Shown piece by piece: positions 38,547-47,035 of a stretch of 64,000 nucleotides of DNA. The stretch covers positions 20,803 through 84,802 of the forward strand of contig JAJDCG010000001.1 in assembly GCA_029260965.1 (NCBI GenBank), given 5' to 3'. Position numbers and translations under genes: made by a program. The notes below the pieces were generated by a model. It saw only the letters and a list, made by a program, of their open reading frames with translations. It did no database searches and was not told the origin of the DNA. This DNA is from Candidatus Levyibacteriota bacterium. GTDB taxonomy: Bacteria; Patescibacteriota; Microgenomatia; Levybacterales; UBA12049. How positions within the stretch are numbered: the first letter of the stretch is position 1; each line of letters begins with the position of its first letter.

Positions 38547-38682
38547 AAGCTAAATACGAATATCAAAACAATAAATGACAAAAAGTTTTGATATTTGAAA
38601 ATTATTTAGAATTTCGATATTCGTATTTCGAATTTATAAAAATCAACATTCACTTATAGAAATTAAAAATTGATTTTTATTG

Positions 38683-39091
38683 GGGGATGAATTGATTCGA
38701 CGAGAAACGTACCTTAAAAACTGCAAGCCGGCATTGAATCAAAGCCGTAAAACTGATTCAAAAAATAAATGCTAAAGAACGCATTTCAGCTTTGAAAGCT
38801 GAAGCACGAGCAATCGTTGCTGAACTTTCAAGCGGTTTTCAGCCTAACTACGCAGTAGTCTAAGCTCTAAGCCTGTTCATATAAGTCTTTCTCAACGGGA
38901 TTGTATGGGCATAAACACAGTTGGGAAAAAAATAAAAAGTTTGGTTTCACTTTTTATTGAATTTATCAGACCTAGGCTTTAAAATTCCTGTCAATTGGAT
39001 AATTTAAAGTTGAATTTAATAATTGACTATGCTTGTAGACGTTAAAAGATAATTTACTCGGACTCGATGTCACTCATCGACATCTCCACCA
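38683..39091 (+). ncRNA. ssrA: tmRNA (ssrA)
   Basis: 5' GGGGAUGAAUUGAUUCGACG matches conserved tmRNA 5' end; acceptor GGGGAUG pairs with CAUCUCC + ACCA, giving G3:U70 (alanine identity); T-arm UCGAU-GUCACUC-AUCGA; candidate tag ORF ends ...SSGFQPNYAVV-stop at about 38890; directly downstream of smpB. Confidence 0.65.
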
Positions 39092-39121
39092 CTAAAAACT
39101 ACCAGAAATGGTGGTTTTTTG
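39086..39121 (+). terminator. Rho-independent terminator overlapping tmRNA 3' end
   Basis: CCACCA ... TGGTGG stem (6 bp, 17-nt loop) followed by TTTTTTG. Confidence 0.5.
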
Positions 39122-39192
39122 TTGCCAAAACAACTCATCATAAAGCATGAGTAGTATACTTTAGATATAAAAATTGAAAGCTAAAATAAAAA

Positions 39193-39888
39193 TTATTCTC
39201 CATGCGCCAGGGTCAGACCGTAGACTTTTTTAACTCCTGCTTTTTTCAAAACTTTTGCCGCTTCTTTAATAGTTGCACCAGAAGTCAAGACATCATCCAC
39301 CAGAAAAACAGTTCCATAATTCATGATTCCTAATTCATTATTTTTAATCCCAAACGCTCCTCTAATATTCTCTTCACGCTCCTCTTTTTTAAGTCCAAAC
39401 TGCCGTTTGGTGTTTTTAGTACGATGGAGAATCTTTAAGACTTTGATATTAAATTTTTGGGAAAGACCCTTTGCCAAAATCTCTGAGTGGTTATAACCCC
39501 GCTCTCTCATTCTGCTCTGATGAAGCGGAATCGGGACAAAAACCGACTTCTTATCAAGAGTGATCATAAACTCTTCTTTTTGAATTATCCCTTCATAAAA
39601 AAGATCAAGGAGCATGTCGCTCATATCTGAAAGGAAAGGCTTGTATTTGAACCTATAAATCAATCTTTTAACAACACCTCTATAGACAAGGCTTGAGAAA
39701 GCTCCATCAGGTGTATATTTGTTAAGGCACTTTGGATGAGTCAGGCTGCCGATTGCTGCTTTTTGACAAACAATGCATGTGCCGCTGTCAATAAATGAGA
39801 TGTAGGAAAAACACTTGGCACAAATATAAGAACCAAATCTCTGACAGCTAACACAACGTCGAGGAAATATAAAATCAAGTAAGCCCAT
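39193..39888 (-). CDS. comFC: ComF-family competence protein (ComFC-type phosphoribosyltransferase with N-terminal zinc finger)
   Basis: N-terminal CxxC...CxxC (CVSCQR...CAKC, CIVCQK), C-terminal PRTase motif VFLVDDVLTSGATIKEA. Confidence 0.75.
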   Translation of the reverse strand: MGLLDFIFPRRCVSCQRFGSYICAKCFSYISFIDSGTCIVCQKAAIGSLTHPKCLNKYTPDGAFSSLVYRGVVKRLIYRFKYKPFLSDMSDMLLDLFYEGIIQKEEFMITLDKKSVFVPIPLHQSRMRERGYNHSEILAKGLSQKFNIKVLKILHRTKNTKRQFGLKKEEREENIRGAFGIKNNELGIMNYGTVFLVDDVLTSGATIKEAAKVLKKAGVKKVYGLTLAHGE

Positions 39889-39925
39889 CCTTAAAGTTTA
39901 GCAAAAAACCTGTTATGCTATAAAA

Positions 39926-41104
39926 ATGCCCGAATATTTACATCAACACCTCAAGGTTCACCATCCACATCTTACAGAGATGAATGAACTATATTTTTCA
40001 ATTTCACTTTATGTCTTCTCTTTTGGCCTGGTTGGAATTTTTGTACCAATTTACATCTACAATCTTGAATTTTCAACTGTACAGCTAGCTATGTATTTCA
40101 TGATTACAGAAGGTGTCAGAACTGTATTCAATCCTACTGCCTCTATGCTCGTAAAAAAATATGGTCCCAAACACATACTGATTTTCAGTTATGTTCTCAT
40201 GTTTTTCTATGTTCTTGCTTTATATGGACTCCCTTTCTATCGCTTTCTTCTTTATCCCGCAGGAACTATAGGAGGAATAGCATTGTGCATATTCTGGATG
40301 GCAAGACATATCGACCTGGCAACTATAATAAGCGACCATGAACCCACAACCCAATACACAACGCTTCTTATCTTTTCTTACATCGCACAAGGCATGGCTC
40401 CTCTTACTGGTGGGATTATAGCTACTCAATTTGGCATTGGCTATGGCTTTCTAGCAGCAGGGCTGGGACTACTCCTAGCATCATATCCACTTCTGAAGAC
40501 TCTTGAACCACACACTCTCAAAGGGGCAAATATAAAATTATTCAAAACTGCACCCACGAAACATCTGATCGCTAATTTTGCCATGAACGCTCAGAGCATC
40601 GTTGGTATACTTATTTGGCCACTTTTTATATTCTTGGCGGTTGAAACATATCAGGATGTAGGTCTGATAGCCACCGTATCTTTGCTCACATCCATATTAG
40701 TACTCAGAACTGTAGGTAAAATGGGTGATAGGGGTAAAAATTCAGCTGTTTTAAAACTGGGTTCAACCATGCGTTCAGCTGTTCATGTCATCCGTACTTT
40801 TTCCAGATCTTTTTTTAACACACTGGGAGTAAATTTGCTCGGTGACCTGACAGATAACATGACCGCTGTGCCCTACACCATGCGGTTTTATGAAGGGGCA
40901 AGAAAATACGGTATCGCCCCATACTTAACAGATATGGAAATCGCAGGAGGACTAGGCAAGGTCTTTCCATGGCTAATCATCCTCATCCTGGGCGCGCATT
41001 TAGATCTAAGAACCACGCTGATCGTGACGTTTGTAACAGCAGCGCTTTTGACCCCATTCATCCGACTAATTGAGCCCCTACAGGAAAAAGGTAGCAGAGA
41101 CTAG
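39926..41104 (+). CDS. Polytopic membrane protein, probable MFS-type transporter
   Basis: About 12 predicted hydrophobic helices over 392 aa; no specific motif. Confidence 0.4.
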   Translation: MPEYLHQHLKVHHPHLTEMNELYFSISLYVFSFGLVGIFVPIYIYNLEFSTVQLAMYFMITEGVRTVFNPTASMLVKKYGPKHILIFSYVLMFFYVLALYGLPFYRFLLYPAGTIGGIALCIFWMARHIDLATIISDHEPTTQYTTLLIFSYIAQGMAPLTGGIIATQFGIGYGFLAAGLGLLLASYPLLKTLEPHTLKGANIKLFKTAPTKHLIANFAMNAQSIVGILIWPLFIFLAVETYQDVGLIATVSLLTSILVLRTVGKMGDRGKNSAVLKLGSTMRSAVHVIRTFSRSFFNTLGVNLLGDLTDNMTAVPYTMRFYEGARKYGIAPYLTDMEIAGGLGKVFPWLIILILGAHLDLRTTLIVTFVTAALLTPFIRLIEPLQEKGSRD

Positions 41105-41133
41105 CTTCTTAATGCTATAATGCTCTGGCTCAT

Positions 41134-41221
41134 GGAGGAGTCGCATAGCTTGGTCCATTGCGGGGGTTTGCTAAATCCCTGAGTAGAAATACTCACGCAG
41201 GTTCGAATCCTGTCTCCTCCG
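41134..41221 (+). tRNA. tRNA-Ser (anticodon GCT)
   Basis: Acceptor GGAGGAG/CTCCTCC, anticodon loop TTGCTAA, long variable arm, T-loop TTCGAAT, discriminator G. Confidence 0.8.
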
Positions 41222-41229
41222 CAACATTT

Positions 41230-41733
41230 ATGAAAAACTTAAAATCCAATCTTCACGAAGATTATCTCAGGTCTCTGATGTTTGGTCTTCAAGATGGAAT
41301 TGTTTCTACAACTGGAGTTGTTGTTGGAATCTCAACCGGTGTTAACGATAAGGCAATTATCGTTCTGGCAGCAATCGTTGCAGTCATGGTGGAGGCATCA
41401 TCAATGGGTGCTGGACAATACTCCAGTGAAAAAGCAGTTCATCAAATGGATAAAACTGGCAAACATACAGACAACTTATTAATAGGCGCATTTATTATGT
41501 TTTTTGCATATTTGATCGGTGGTATGTTTTCAATTGTTCCAACCATAATTCTTGATCAGCCGATTGCGCGATATGCTGCCATTGCCTCATCTTTCATAGG
41601 ACTTTTTGTAATCGGATTTCTCAAAGGAAAAATAGTTGAACACAGACCATGGAGATCGGCTATTGAGCTCTTCATCATCGGCTCAATCGCCACAACAGTG
41701 GGAATAGTAGTTGGAAGTTTTTTGAAGGTCTAG
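41230..41733 (+). CDS. VIT1/CCC1-family (iron/manganese transporter-like) membrane protein
   Basis: FGLQDGIVSTTGVVVGI matches the VIT family conserved segment. The track start at 41158 overlaps tRNA-Ser, so I use the ATG at 41230. Confidence 0.5.
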   Translation: MKNLKSNLHEDYLRSLMFGLQDGIVSTTGVVVGISTGVNDKAIIVLAAIVAVMVEASSMGAGQYSSEKAVHQMDKTGKHTDNLLIGAFIMFFAYLIGGMFSIVPTIILDQPIARYAAIASSFIGLFVIGFLKGKIVEHRPWRSAIELFIIGSIATTVGIVVGSFLKV

Positions 41734-41760
41734 GTTAGTAATTCGTTGCTTTTCTAATTT

Positions 41761-41850
<90 letters not shown>

Positions 41851-41931
41851 AGATCATAGTATTGTAACAAAAACAAGTCATCCAGTCACGCACAAGTTGA
41901 CTAACAAGCCCATTCGTGTAAAAATATTTTT

Positions 41932-42459
41932 GTGGCCAAAAAAATTACCATCTATACAATCCTTGCTCTTGCTATCGGCATATCTCTAGGCTATTTTCTC
42001 GGCTATGATATCGGTTGGGAAAAAGCACTCTCCCAGCACGCGATAGATGAAACGGCACATGATGACTCAATGTACACAAACCATATGCAACACGAGCAAA
42101 TGGAAGCAACAACTCCTGTCCCATCTGTTGATCTGGTTATCCACAAAGACCCAAAAGGTGGATATAACGCACAGATCATTCTTACCAATATGGTTTTCTC
42201 GCCCGAAAACGTAAGCGGAGATCATGTACCAGGTCAGGGACATGCCCATATTTATGTTAACGGTATAAAGATAAACAGAGTTTATGGAGAATGGTATTAC
42301 CTAGGAGAACTTGAACCTGGCATTCATGAGGTATCTGTAAGGCTCTCAACCAATAACCATAAGGAGCTTGTCCAAGATGGGAAGATTATAACTGATATTG
42401 AAACAATTGAAGTTGCAGAGCAGGAAAATTCAATGAACAACATGCAAATGGAAAAATGA
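41932..42459 (+). CDS. Hypothetical membrane-anchored protein (175 aa)
   Basis: N-terminal TM, His-rich soluble domain. Confidence 0.35.
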   Translation: MAKKITIYTILALAIGISLGYFLGYDIGWEKALSQHAIDETAHDDSMYTNHMQHEQMEATTPVPSVDLVIHKDPKGGYNAQIILTNMVFSPENVSGDHVPGQGHAHIYVNGIKINRVYGEWYYLGELEPGIHEVSVRLSTNNHKELVQDGKIITDIETIEVAEQENSMNNMQMEK

Positions 42460-42869
42460 ACATGTTCAAGCCTGTTGCGGCAAAATCAGTTGATGAATAC
42501 ATAGGACTCCTTGAGCCCCAACGAAAAGAAATCATCAAACATCTCCACAGTCTTATTCAAAAAACCTCTCCAGATCTCAAGCCTCATTTCGCCTATAACA
42601 TGCTCGGCTATGGTAGTTTTAAATATAAAAATTATAAAAAAGAAATAATTGATTGGCCAATTATTGCTCTTGCAAGTCAAAAAAATTATGTCAGCCTTTA
42701 TGTTTGCTCGCTTGAGGGTGGTAAATATCTGGCTGAAAAGTACAAACAAAAACTGGGTAAGGTTAGTGTCGGCAAATCTTGCATCAGGTTCAAAAAACTT
42801 GAGGATTTGAATCTGGATGAAGTCAAAAAAATTATTAAAAAAGCAAGCAACAATCCAGGCTTATCTTAA
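42456..42869 (+). CDS. DUF1801 (YdhG-like) domain protein
   Basis: SVDEYIGLLEPQRKEIIKHLHSLI...HFAYNMLGYG pattern typical of DUF1801. Confidence 0.45.
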   Translation: MNMFKPVAAKSVDEYIGLLEPQRKEIIKHLHSLIQKTSPDLKPHFAYNMLGYGSFKYKNYKKEIIDWPIIALASQKNYVSLYVCSLEGGKYLAEKYKQKLGKVSVGKSCIRFKKLEDLNLDEVKKIIKKASNNPGLS

Positions 42870-42907
42870 AATTTGACTTTTAACCTTCGACTGTTTACAG
42901 TTTTAGT

Positions 42908-43468
42908 ATGCCCATCTCCCAAAAAACACACTCACAAAAACAAAAACCACTTGAAGATATTATGTATGAACATAATGTTCATACATATCTTGAATGGCAC
43001 GCACCCGGAAGACCTTTTAAAGAACATTCTTTTGAATACTACTTTAATATTTTCCTAATCATGATCGCTGTTGAGATAATATTATTTTTATTTGGTCAGT
43101 ATATTTTAATGCTTGTTGTTTTCTCATTAGTTTTTTTCACATTTAGCCTGTCTCTTGTGCCACCGAGAAACTTTTATTACACAATTTCTTCTGAGGGCAT
43201 ACGAGTCGAGGATCATTTTTTTATCTGGGAGGAGCTTTATGATTTCTTCTTTATCAAACACCATGGTAAAGATGTACTCTACGTAAGAACAAAGGCCTTT
43301 TTCCCAGGTGAATTGAACATAAATATAGACGGGATAACAACAGATGAAATAAAAAACACACTCCTTCCCTATCTTCCATTTCGTGAATACGTAAAACCCA
43401 CTTTTATAGAAAAGTCAGGAGATTGGCTTTCAAAAAACTTCCCATTGGAAAAAACTGCAAAACAATAA
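42908..43468 (+). CDS. Hypothetical membrane protein (186 aa)
   Basis: Two central TM helices. Confidence 0.35.
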   Translation: MPISQKTHSQKQKPLEDIMYEHNVHTYLEWHAPGRPFKEHSFEYYFNIFLIMIAVEIILFLFGQYILMLVVFSLVFFTFSLSLVPPRNFYYTISSEGIRVEDHFFIWEELYDFFFIKHHGKDVLYVRTKAFFPGELNINIDGITTDEIKNTLLPYLPFREYVKPTFIEKSGDWLSKNFPLEKTAKQ

Positions 43469-43503
43469 TATCGCGATTAATCCTCTTGTCTTTTACAAGC
43501 TAC

Positions 43504-43593
43504 TGCGGAGGGTACAGGATTTGAACCTGTGAATCCACCATAGGCGGATCGAGTTTTCGAAACTCGTGCAATTGGCCACTATGCGAACCCTCC
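43504..43593 (-). tRNA. tRNA-Ser (anticodon CGA)
   Basis: GGAGGGT...CGAGT-TTCGAAA-ACTCG...long variable arm...ACAGG-TTCAAAT-CCTGT-ACCCTCC-G. Confidence 0.8.
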
Positions 43594-43601
43594 ATCACCA
43601 G

Positions 43602-43675
43602 TACTCCCGAGAAGATTCGAACTTCCGACCTCAACATCCGCAATGTTGCGCTCTATCCAGCTGAGCTACGGGAGC
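43602..43675 (-). tRNA. tRNA-Arg (anticodon GCG)
   Basis: GCTCCCG-TA-GCTC-AGCTGGATA-GAGC-G-CAACA-TTGCGGA-TGTTG-AGGTC-GGAAG-TTCGAAT-CTTCT-CGGGAGT-A. Confidence 0.75.
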
Positions 43676-43729
43676 AATACGCGTATTTTACCTAAATATT
43701 AAAAGAGGTGCAATTAAATGACCTAGGTT

Positions 43730-44569
43730 TTAATTCCCTTTTCCTCGAGGTGCTGTACCACCTGCTGTTGCGGAAAGTCCAAATATAACTGCATAATAAC
43801 TAAGAAGAGTTCCGATAATAATCGTATACATAGCTATCTTAATTGTTTTTTTCAGCTTTGGATGTTCTACGGAGAATAATTTACTTTCTTGTTTAATCTT
43901 CATCATTCTTGACATTCCCACCTTTAATCTCTCTCTATCTTCCTCTGTTAGTTGATCGTGCTCTTTGTCTTTTAGTTCATCAACATCAGCTTTTTCTTGC
44001 TTGAGTTCTGCCATTATTTTATTATAATCAGCTAACATTTTTTCCTGCTCTTCGGGAGCAAGTTCTTCCTCTGTAAGCTCCTCTGTGTTTATTACCTTTT
44101 CTGCCGCACTTATCACATCATCTCTGACATTCCCCTTTTCATCAAGGATTTCTGGTCCTGCTTCATCAACTGAACCACCCTCTACTGCTAGAACCTCCTT
44201 CAACAAATTGTGCGCTTCTTCGTGTCGCCCTGCTGCTCCCAGTCTCAAAACCTCAGCAATTAATTCTTCTAGAGATGTCTCCCTCTCATCTCTTACAGGT
44301 ACATCAGACGACTCATCACCTGCAGGATTATTTGGAGGACGCATTCGCCCAGGCGCTCCTCCACGAGGACCGAAAGAGCGCCTACCTCCAGTAAGCGGTC
44401 TTCTTCTTTCCTCGCCCTCGTCCACCGCATCCTCCCCAGTGGGGCGCTGTTCGTCTGGATTTGTAGGATTTTCTCCGTTTTCTGGCTCCATATATAATGC
44501 TTCTGTCATTTTATATCCTCCTTTTAGTTTATGCAAATAATAGGCTATAATTAGATTGATTATAAACAA
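43730..44569 (-). CDS. Hypothetical acidic, Pro/Glu-rich tail-anchored protein
   Basis: Low-complexity acidic sequence with single C-terminal TM (IAMYTIIIGTLLSYYAVIFGL). Confidence 0.35.
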   Translation of the reverse strand: MFIINLIIAYYLHKLKGGYKMTEALYMEPENGENPTNPDEQRPTGEDAVDEGEERRRPLTGGRRSFGPRGGAPGRMRPPNNPAGDESSDVPVRDERETSLEELIAEVLRLGAAGRHEEAHNLLKEVLAVEGGSVDEAGPEILDEKGNVRDDVISAAEKVINTEELTEEELAPEEQEKMLADYNKIMAELKQEKADVDELKDKEHDQLTEEDRERLKVGMSRMMKIKQESKLFSVEHPKLKKTIKIAMYTIIIGTLLSYYAVIFGLSATAGGTAPRGKGN

Positions 44570-44629
44570 AGATTGTAAGCACAGCTTTATATTAATCTTA
44601 TAGCTAAATTATAATTTTAAAAAAATGAT

Positions 44630-44716
44630 GGAGGGATCGCATAGTGGTCTAGTGCGCGGGCTTGGAAAGCTCGTATGGTCGAAAGACTATCGGGGGTTCG
44701 AATCCCCCTCCCTCCG
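44630..44716 (+). tRNA. tRNA-Ser (anticodon GGA)
   Basis: GGAGGGA...CGGGC-TTGGAAA-GCTCG...long variable arm...GGGGG-TTCGAAT-CCCCC-TCCCTCC-G. Confidence 0.8.
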
Positions 44717-44758
44717 CAACTTGACAACACTATCAAAATACCTCACACTAAAATAGCT

Positions 44759-47011
44759 ATGCTCTCTGCCCGCAAAGTCTTCTTATCTTTTTGTTTGTTT
44801 TTAGTTACATTTCTTGCAGCTCCATCCTTATCTTTTGCCCAATTACCAACATCCAATCTTAATCCAGAAGTCCCACGCAACCAACACACCCTCGCACAAT
44901 CAACAATGATCGAAATAATGTCTGCAGTCATTTGCCAAATGACAGGCATAGATCCACTTTATCCAGAACAGGGTTGTCTAGGGTTCAATACAGAAACAAA
45001 AAAGTTAGGACTTATACCTCCAGAGTATGATGATAATGGCAAACTTCAGGCAGGAGGGATGTTGGGGGGCACATCGGATATGATTGCAGCACTTTATACA
45101 CCAATTACATCTACTACAGAATTTGTGCACTATATGACGCGCGATTTTGGAATCGTAAAAGACGCTAATGCACAGGCAGGATATGGTTTTCAAGCACTCA
45201 GTCCAGTACTTGCTGTCTGGGAAGTTGTCCGTAACGCAGCCTACACCCTTCTGGTGCTTGCATTCGTTTTCATTGGCATCGGCATTATGCTCAGGGTCAA
45301 AATCGACCCCAGAACAGTTATGGGTATTCAAAACCAAATCCCTAGAGTCATAATTGCAATACTTCTTATCACCTTTTCCTATGCAATCTCTGCTGTGCTG
45401 ATTGATATGATGTGGGTCACAACATATGCAGGAGTAAACCTGCTCACAAACGCCCAGGGAGAAAGTATCAAGGTTGATTCCTGTAAGTCCACAAACAACA
45501 AAGTAGGAATAGCAGAACAAGTAAATAAAAATATTCTTCAGACACCAATGACCTTCTTCCATCAAGTATTTGCTGAATGCGACGACAGCGAACAGGAGGG
45601 AGTTTTACAGGGAAGGGGATACCTACAGGGCAACAACAGGGACGGCGGATTTCATGTAATGACCAAAGCAATAGGGGGTGCTACGGGACAATTGATTAAT
45701 AATACTGTAAGAAGTATTTTTCTTGACGAAGACGATGAATCAAGAGACTGTGGTTTGCTCAGTACGCTGGGGAATCCAATCCAGTGTGTTAAAAAGGGCC
45801 TGATTAATGGACTTGGTTTTTTTGCAAGCCTTCTCACAACTATCATCATCTTTACAGTCCTCCTTACCACGCTTTTTAGAATCTGGTTTATGCTTCTGAA
45901 GGCGTTTGCCTATACTCTTATCTACACAATCACCGGACCCATCTATATCGCGTTTGGGCTTCTACCTTCAAAACCGCTTGGATTTGAAAAATGGCTTCGT
46001 TCAATATTTGCAAACCTTGCGGTTTTTCCTCTGACTGCTTTTCTATTGGTAGGAGCCAGGCTTATGGTTGGTCTTTATGAAAACGCCTCAACTACTGCGT
46101 TCACACCACCGCTTCTTGGGAATACCGCAAACACGAACTATGGTGTTTTAATTGCACTAGGCATCCTTCTCCTAGGGCCTGCAATAGGAGACATCCTACG
46201 AGACAAGATGGGTGCACAAAATCTGAAAACACCTGGCATTGTCAAAACAGGACTGATACTTGGTGCTGCACCAGTTGGGCAGCTTGCCAATAGAATAAAA
46301 GCCAATGCCACAAGACGCGATAATGCAGGAAATCCAATCGGCAGCTTTTCAGCTGGCGTGGAGCGCAGCACTTCTGCTGCCAAACAATCACTTGGAAAAA
46401 TACCGATTATAAAAAGTCTAGGAGGAGAAAAATATGCCATTAATGAAGCTGAAAAACGCACCAACAGGCAGCGCTATGGAATGGCCGCAACCAATAAACA
46501 AATCCTTAAAAACAACGAGCATTTTGGTCTGGAAAAAGTAAAAGGTAAAGCAAAACTCAAAAACGGAAATACTGTCCAAAGTGCTAGCGATTATCGAAAG
46601 TGGGTAGGTGAAATGAGCACGGATGATAGAAAAAAACACATACAAGACGTGATGGGTGGCAGGCGCTTGGGCGCACATGGTTGGTACGGAGACGAACACG
46701 CATCAAGAACTGGAGGAGAAAGGGGATCAGAAGGTAGCAGCAACCAAAATAGCAGCACAAACATAAACACTCCTCATGTAACCATAAGGGCAGGAAGCAT
46801 CGAGGGTCTGCATGAACGTATGGATGAAAAATTAAGAAACAGCACGCCTGAAGCAAGAGAACGATTCCAAAACAACTATCATGCAAAAACTGCTAATAAG
46901 TTCATCAACAAAGATCAATCCTCTTACAGCACCGAGGAGCGAGAGGAAGCAAAACGTGTTCTCGAGGAAATACTCAGCGAAGAAAACGGGGATGGGAACA
47001 ACTCTGCTTGA
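44759..47011 (+). CDS. Large polytopic membrane protein with signal peptide; possible VirB6/TrbL-like T4SS channel component
   Basis: Signal peptide MLSARKVFLSFCLFLVTFLAAPSLSFAQ, at least 6 TM helices, long hydrophilic C-terminal tail. The track start at 44675 overlaps tRNA-Ser, so I use the ATG at 44759. Confidence 0.35.
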   Translation: MLSARKVFLSFCLFLVTFLAAPSLSFAQLPTSNLNPEVPRNQHTLAQSTMIEIMSAVICQMTGIDPLYPEQGCLGFNTETKKLGLIPPEYDDNGKLQAGGMLGGTSDMIAALYTPITSTTEFVHYMTRDFGIVKDANAQAGYGFQALSPVLAVWEVVRNAAYTLLVLAFVFIGIGIMLRVKIDPRTVMGIQNQIPRVIIAILLITFSYAISAVLIDMMWVTTYAGVNLLTNAQGESIKVDSCKSTNNKVGIAEQVNKNILQTPMTFFHQVFAECDDSEQEGVLQGRGYLQGNNRDGGFHVMTKAIGGATGQLINNTVRSIFLDEDDESRDCGLLSTLGNPIQCVKKGLINGLGFFASLLTTIIIFTVLLTTLFRIWFMLLKAFAYTLIYTITGPIYIAFGLLPSKPLGFEKWLRSIFANLAVFPLTAFLLVGARLMVGLYENASTTAFTPPLLGNTANTNYGVLIALGILLLGPAIGDILRDKMGAQNLKTPGIVKTGLILGAAPVGQLANRIKANATRRDNAGNPIGSFSAGVERSTSAAKQSLGKIPIIKSLGGEKYAINEAEKRTNRQRYGMAATNKQILKNNEHFGLEKVKGKAKLKNGNTVQSASDYRKWVGEMSTDDRKKHIQDVMGGRRLGAHGWYGDEHASRTGGERGSEGSSNQNSSTNINTPHVTIRAGSIEGLHERMDEKLRNSTPEARERFQNNYHAKTANKFINKDQSSYSTEEREEAKRVLEEILSEENGDGNNSA

Positions 47012-47035
47012 TAAACTTGCCTGATCCAGGCAGGC

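Noticed and set aside
41158-41229. Upstream extension of VIT-family ORF (and 44675-44758 for the VirB6-like ORF)
   Set aside because: These extensions run through tRNA-Ser genes. Downstream ATG codons give sensible N-termini.
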